Below are positions 57,501-64,000 of a DNA stretch of 64,000 nucleotides, in pieces. This DNA comes from the human T2T-CHM13v2.0 reference genome, Homo sapiens: NCBI RefSeq assembly GCF_009914755.1, contig NC_060925.1. One strand, written 5' to 3'. Below the pieces are notes generated by a model. The model was not told where the DNA came from. It saw only the letters and a list, made by a program, of their open reading frames with translations, and did no database searches. Both the position numbers and the translations under genes were made by a program. Position 1 is the stretch's first letter. Each line of letters opens with the position of its first letter.

Positions 57501-60500
57501 AATGGAAACACCATCGAATTGAAACGAATGGAATTATCATGAAATTGAAATGGATGGACTCATCATCGAATGGATTCGAATGGAATCATCGAATAAAATT
57601 GATTGAAATCATCATCAAATGGAATCGAATGGTATCATTGAATGGAATCGAATGGAATCATCATCAGATGGAAATGAATGGAATCGTCATAGAATGGAAT
57701 CGAATGGATTCATTGAATGGAATCAGATCGAATCATCAAATGGACTGGAATGGAAACATTGAATGGACTCGAAAGGGATCATTATTGAATGGAATTGAAT
57801 GGAATCATCGAATGGTCTCGATTGGAATCATTACCAAATGGAATCGAATGGAATCACCGAATAGAATCGAATGGAACAATCATCGAATGGACTCAAAGGG
57901 AATTATCCTCAAATGGAATCGAATGGAATTATCGAATGCAATCGAATGGAATTATCGAATGCAATCGAATAGAATCATCGAATGGACTCGAATGGAATCA
58001 TCGAATGGAATGGAATGGAACAGTCAATGAACTCGAATGGAATCATCATTGAATGGAATCGAATGGAATCATCGAGTGGAATCGAATGGAATTATGATCA
58101 AATGGAATCGAATGTAATCATCATCAAATGGAATCAAAAATAACCATCATCAATTGGTATTGAATGGAATTGTCATCAAATGGAATTCAAAGGAATCATC
58201 ATCAAATGGAACCGAATGGAATCCTCATTGAATGGAAATGAAAGGGGTCATCATCTAATGGAATCGCATGGAATCATCATCAAATGGAATCGAATGGAAT
58301 CATCATCAAATGGAATCTAATGGAATCATTGAACAGAATTGAATGGAATCGTCATCGAATGAACTGAATGCAATCATCGAATGGTCTCGAATGGCATCAT
58401 CTTCTAATGGAAAGGAATGGAATCATCGCATAGAATCGAATGGAATTATCATCGAATGGAATCGAATGGTATCAACACCAAACGGAAAAAAACGGAATTA
58501 TCGAATAGATTCGAAGAGAATCTTCGAACGGACCCGAATGGAATCATCTAATGGAATGGAATGGAATAATCCATGGACTCGAATGCAATCATCATCGAAT
58601 GGAATCAAATGGAATCATCGAATGGACTCGAATGGAATAATCATTGAACGGAATCGAATGGAATCATCATCGGATGGAAATGAATGGAATCATCATCGAA
58701 TGGAAATGAAAGGAGTCATCATCTAATGGAATTGCATGGAATCATCATAAAATGGAATCGAATGGAATCAACATCAAATGGAATCAAATGGAATCATTGA
58801 ACGGAATTGAATGGAATCGTCATCGAATGTATTGACTGCAATCATCGAATGGTCTCGAATGGAATCATCTTCAAATGGAATGGAATGGAATCATCGCATA
58901 GAATCGAATGGAATTATCATCGAATGGAATCGAATGGAATCAACATCAAACGGAAAAAAACGGAATTATCGAATGGAATCGAAGAGAATCATCGAATGGA
59001 CCCGAATGGAATCATCTAATGGAATGGAATGGAATAATCCATGGACTCGAATGCAATCATCATCGAATGGAATCGAATGGAATCATCGAATGGACTCGAA
59101 TGGAATAATCATTGAACGGAATCGAATGGAATCATCATCGGATGGAAATGAATGGAATCATCATCGAATGGAATCGAATAGAATTATGGAATGAAATCCA
59201 GTGTGATCATCATCGAATGGACCCGAATGGAATCATCATCCAACGGAAGCTAATGGAATCAACATCGAATGAATCGAATGGAAACACCATCGAATTGAAA
59301 CGAATGGAATTATCATGAAATTGAAATGGATGGACTCATCATCGAATGGATTCGAATGGAATCATCGAATAAAATTGATTGAAATCATCATCCAATGGAA
59401 TCGAATGGTATCATTGAATGGAATCGAATGGAATCATCATCAGATGGAAATGAATGGAATCGTCATAGAATGGAATCGAATGGATTCATTGAATGGAATC
59501 AGATGGAATCATCGAATGGACTGGAATGGAATCATTGAATGGACTCGAAAGGGATCATGATTGAATGGAATTGAATGGAATCATCGAATGGTCTCGATTG
59601 GAATCATTATCAAATGGAATCGAATGGAATCACCGAATAGAATCGAATGGAACAATCATCGAATGGACTCAAATGGAATTATCCTCCAATGGAATCGAAT
59701 GGAATTATCGAATGCAATCGAATGGAATTATCGAATGCAATCGAATAGAATCATCGAATGGACTCGAATGGAATCATCGAATGGAATGGAATGGAACAGT
59801 CAATGAACTCGAATGGAATCATCATTGAATGGAATCGAATGGAATCATCGAGTGGAATCGAATGGAATTATGATCAAATGGAATCGAATGTAATCATCAT
59901 CAAATGGAATCAAAAATAACCATCATCAATTGGTATTGAATGGAATTGTCATCAAATGGAATTCAAAGGAATCATCATCAAATGGAACCGAATGGAATCC
60001 TCATTGAATGGAAATGAAAGGGGTCATCATCTAATGGAATCGCATGGAATCATCATCAAATGGAATCGAATGGAATCATCATCAAATGGAATCTAATGGA
60101 ATCATTGAACAGAATTGAATGGAATCGTCATCGAATGAATTGAATGCAATCATCGAATGGTCTCGAATGGAATCATCTTCTAATGGAAAGGAATGGAATC
60201 ATCGCATAGAATCGAATGGAATTATCATCGAATGGAATCGAATGGTATCAACACCAAACGGAAAAAAACGGAATTATCGAATGGAATCGAAGAGAATCTT
60301 CGAACGGACCCGAATGGAATCATCTAATGGAATGGAATGGAATAATCCATGGACTCGAATGCAATCATCATCGAATGGAATCGAATGGAATCATCGAATG
60401 GACTCGAATGGAATAATCATTGAACGGAATCGATTGGAATCATCATCGGATGGAAACGAATGGAATCATCATCGAATGGAAATGAAAGGAGTCATCATCT

Positions 60501-63500
60501 AATGGAATTGCATGGAATCATCATAAAATGGAATCGAATGGAATCAACATCAAATGGAATCAAATGTAATCATTGAACGGAATTGAATGGAATCGTCATC
60601 GAATGAATTGACTGCAATCATCCAATGGTCTCGAATGGAATCATCTTCAAATGGAATGGAATGGAATCATCGCATAGAATCGAATGGAATTATCATCGAA
60701 TGGAATCGAATGGAATCAACATCCAACGGAAAAAAACGGAATTATCGAATGGAATTGAAGAGAATCATCGAATGGACCCGAATGGAATCATCTAATGGAA
60801 TGGAATGGAATAATCCATGGACTCGAATGCAATCATCATCGAATGGAATCGAATGGAATCATCGAATGGACTCGAATGGAATAATCATTGAACGGAATCG
60901 AATGGAATCATCATCGGATGGAAATGAATGGAATCATCATCGAATGGAATCGAATAGAATTATGGAATGAAATCCAGTGTGATCATCATCGAATGGACCC
61001 GAATGGAATCATCATCCAACGGAAGCTAATGGAATCAACATCGAATGAATCAAATGGAAACACCATCGAATTGAAACGAATGGAATTATCATGAAATTGA
61101 AATGGATGGACTCATCATCGAATGGATTCGAATGGAATCATCGAATAAAATTGATTGAAATCATCATCCAATGGAATCGAATGGTATCATTGAATGGAAT
61201 CGAATGGAATCATCATCAGATGGAAATGAATGGAATCGTCATAGAATGGAATCGAATGGATTCATTGAATGGAATCAGATGGAATCATCGAATGGACTGG
61301 AATGGAATCATTGAATGGACTCGAAAGGGATCATGATTGAATGGAATTGAATGGAATCATCGAATGGTCTCGATTGGAATCATTATCAAATGGAATCGAA
61401 TGGAATCACCGAATAGAATCGAATGGAACAATCATCGAATGGACTCAAATGGAATTATCCTCCAATGGAATCGAATGGAATTATCGAATGCAATCGAATG
61501 GAATTATCGAATGCAATCGAATAGAATCATCGAATGGACTCGAATGGAATCATCGAATGGAATGGAATGGAACAGTCAATGAACTCGAATGGAATCATCA
61601 TTGAATGGAATCGAATGGAATCATCGAGTGGAATCGAATGGAATTATGATCAAATGGAATCGAATGTAATCATCATCAAATGGAATCAAAAATAACCATC
61701 ATCAATTGGTATTGAATGGAATTGTCATCAAATGGAATTCAAAGGAATCATCATCAAATGGAACCGAATGGAATCCTCATTGAATGGAAATGAAAGGGGT
61801 CATCATCTAATGGAATCGCATGGAATCATCATCAAATGGAATCGAATGGAATCATCATCAAATGGAATCTAATGGAATCATTGAACAGAATTGAATGGAA
61901 TCGTCATCGAATGAACTGAATGCAATCATCGAATGGTCTCGAATGGAATCATCTTCTAATGGAAAGGAATGGAATCATCGCATAGAATCGAATGGAATTA
62001 TCATCGAATGGAATCGAATGGTATCAATACCAAACGGAAAAAAACGGAATTATCGAATAGATTCGAAGAGAATCTTCGAACGGACCCGAATGGAATCATC
62101 TAATGGAATGGAATGGAATAATCCATGGACTCGAATGCAATCATCATCGAATGGAATCAAATGGAATCATCGAATGGACTCGAATGGAATAATCATTGAA
62201 CGGAATCGAATGGAATCATCATCGGATGGAAATGAATGGAATCATCATCGAATGGAAATGAAAGGAGTCATCATCTAATGGAATTGCATGGAATCATCAT
62301 AAAATGGAATCGAATGGAATCAACATCAAATGGAATCAAATGGAATCATTGAACGGAATTGAATGGAATCGTCATCGAATGTATTGACTGCAATCATCGA
62401 ATGGTCTCGAATGGAATCATCTTCAAATGGAATGGAATGGAATCATCGCATAGAATCGAATGGAATTATCATCGAATGGAATCGAATGGAATCAACATCC
62501 AACGGAAAAAAACGGAATTATCGAATGGAATCGAAGAGAATCATCGAATGGACCCGAATGGAATCATCTAATGGAATGGAATGGAATAATCCATGGACTC
62601 GAATGCAATCATCATCGAATGGAATCGAATGGAATCATCGAATGGACTCGAATGGAATAATCATTGAACGGAATCGAATGGAATCATCATCGGATGGAAA
62701 TGAATGGAATCATCATCGAATGGAATCGAATAGAATTATGGAATGAAATCCAGTGTGATCATCATCGAATGGACCCGAATGGAATCATCATCCAACGGAA
62801 GCTAATGGAATCAACATCGAATGAATCGAATGGAAACACCATCGAATTGAAACGAATGGAATTATCATGAAATTGAAATGGATGGACTCATCATCGAATG
62901 GATTCGAATGGAATCATCGAATAAAATTGATTGAAATCATCATCCAATGGAATCGAATGGTATCATTGAATGGAATCGAATGGAATCATCATCAGATGGA
63001 AATGAATGGAATCGTCATAGAATGGAATCGAATGGATTCATTGAATGGAATCAGATGGAATCATCGAATGGACTGGAATGGAATCATTGAATGGACTCGA
63101 AAGGGATCATGATTGAATGGAATTGAATGGAATCATCGAATGGTCTCGATTGGAATCATTATCAAATGGAATCGAATGGAATCACCGAATAGAATCGAAT
63201 GGAAAAATCATCGAATGGACTCAAATGGAATTATCCTCAAATGGAATCGAATGGAATTATCGAATGCAATCGAATGGAATTATCGAATGCAATCGAATAG
63301 AATCATCGAAAGGACTCGAATGGAATCATCGAATGGAATGGAATGGAACAGTCAATGAACTCGAATGGAATCATCATTGAATGGAATCGAATGGAATCAT
63401 CGAGTGGAATCGAATGGAATTATGATCAAATGGAATCGAATGTAATCATCATCAAATGGAATCAAAAATAACCATCATCAATTGGTATTGAATGGAATTG

Positions 63501-64000
63501 TCATCAAATAGAATTCAAAGGAATCATCATCAAATGGAACCGAATGGAATCCTCATTGAATGGAAATGAAAGGGGTCATCATCTAATGGAATCGCATGGA
63601 ATCATCATCAAATGGAATCGAATGGAATCATCATCAAATGGAATCTAATGGAATCATTGAACAGAATTGAATGGAATCGTCATCGAATGAATTGAATGCA
63701 ATCATCGAATGGTCTCGAATGGAATCATCTTCTAATGGAAAGGAATGGAATCATCGCATAGAATCGAATGGAATTATCATCGAATGGAATCGAATGGTAT
63801 CAACACCAAACGGAAAAAAACGGAATTATCGAATGGAATCGAAGAGAATCTTCGAACGGACCCGAATGGAATCATCTAATGGAATGGAATGGAATAATCC
63901 ATGGACTCGAATGCAATCATCATCGAATGGAATGGAATGGAATGGAATCATCGAATGGACTCGAATGGAATAATCATTGAACGGAATCGAATGGAATCAT
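42564..64000 (+). repeat. Mostly regular run of ~1776-bp units
   Basis: Unit lengths are 1776, 1776, 1750, 1750, 1781, 1776, 1776, 1308, 1282, 1776, 1776 and 1776 bp, followed by a partial unit. Confidence 0.9.

Larger units (their letters stand above)
1..64000 (+). repeat. Human Satellite 2 (HSat2/HSATII) pericentromeric tandem array, GGAAT strand
   Basis: Continuous diverged (GGAAT)n with the HSat2-type GAATCGAATG (reverse complement CATTCGATTC) and ATCATC interruptions, dense TCGA sites, and no unique sequence. Pure GGAAT runs are at most about 4 copies, unlike HSat3. Confidence 0.97.
113..64000 (+). repeat. 1776-bp higher-order unit, consistent with the 1.77-kb EcoRI satellite of chromosome 1q12 (D1Z1/pUC1.77; HSat2A)
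   Basis: Anchors at 113, 2331, 4107, 5856, 7164, 9532, 11282, 13058, 14830, 16606, 17732, 19949, 21452, 23228, 24536, 26312, 27620, 30259, 31762, 33538, 35314, 38002, 41061, 42564, 44340, 46116, 47866, 49616, 51397, 53173, 54949, 56257, 57539, 59315, 61091 and 62867. Fourteen intervals are exactly 1776 bp, with one GGAATTCAAAGG (EcoRI) per canonical unit. The chromosome call rests on the known unit length. Confidence 0.85.

Noticed and set aside
113-63980. Hundreds of 60-163 aa + strand ORFs (MESSSNELNAII..., MKLKWMDSS..., MELNGIIEW...)
   Set aside because: They are low-complexity translations of GGAAT/GAATC repeats (MEWN, GIIE, HHR). They overlap in several frames, repeat with the unit and are freely broken by stops and frameshifts. 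I see no domain or gene structure.
1-64000. CRISPR-like repeat/spacer array
   Set aside because: There are no unique spacers between identical repeats and no cas genes; all intervening sequence is degenerate satellite.
1-64000. HSat3 (e.g. DYZ1 3.6-kb or chr9 arrays), alpha satellite or telomeric repeat
   Set aside because: There are no long pure (GGAAT)n tracts, no 171-bp monomer and no TTAGGG. The 3525/3552-bp spacings are dimers of the ~1.77-kb unit.
1-64000. Embedded Alu/L1, viral or other unique insertion, or an inversion
   Set aside because: None was seen on reading through, and every anchor interval is fully accounted for by satellite modules and small indels.

Overview
The whole 64-kb window is one uninterrupted block of human-type Satellite 2 (HSat2/HSATII). 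It consists of diverged GGAAT pentamers in 23/26-bp monomers (e.g. GAATGGAATCATCATCGAATGGAATC), always on the + strand. A once-per-unit anchor (ATGAAATTGAAATGGATGG; 36 copies, 35 intervals) gives a modal period of 1776 bp (14 of 35 intervals exact) with one EcoRI site per unit. This fits the 1.77-kb chromosome 1q12 satellite (D1Z1/pUC1.77, HSat2A type); the chromosome assignment is inferred, not mapped. Each canonical unit is about 840 bp of single-copy core plus two diverged tandem copies of a 468-bp module. Variant units (1126-3059 bp) are explained by module copy number (1-5) plus indels of mainly 23, 26, 49, 75, 147 and 640 bp. Shared private variants reveal nested duplications at spacings of 442, 887, 1750, 2688, 3084, 3525, 3552, 5324, about 10.3-10.8 kb and 13251 bp. 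I found no credible gene, RNA gene, transposon, CRISPR array or inversion; all ORFs are translations of the repeat. I see no new gene-based system. The interest lies in the higher-order structure and recombination history of the satellite. Breakpoints were read by eye and are approximate.
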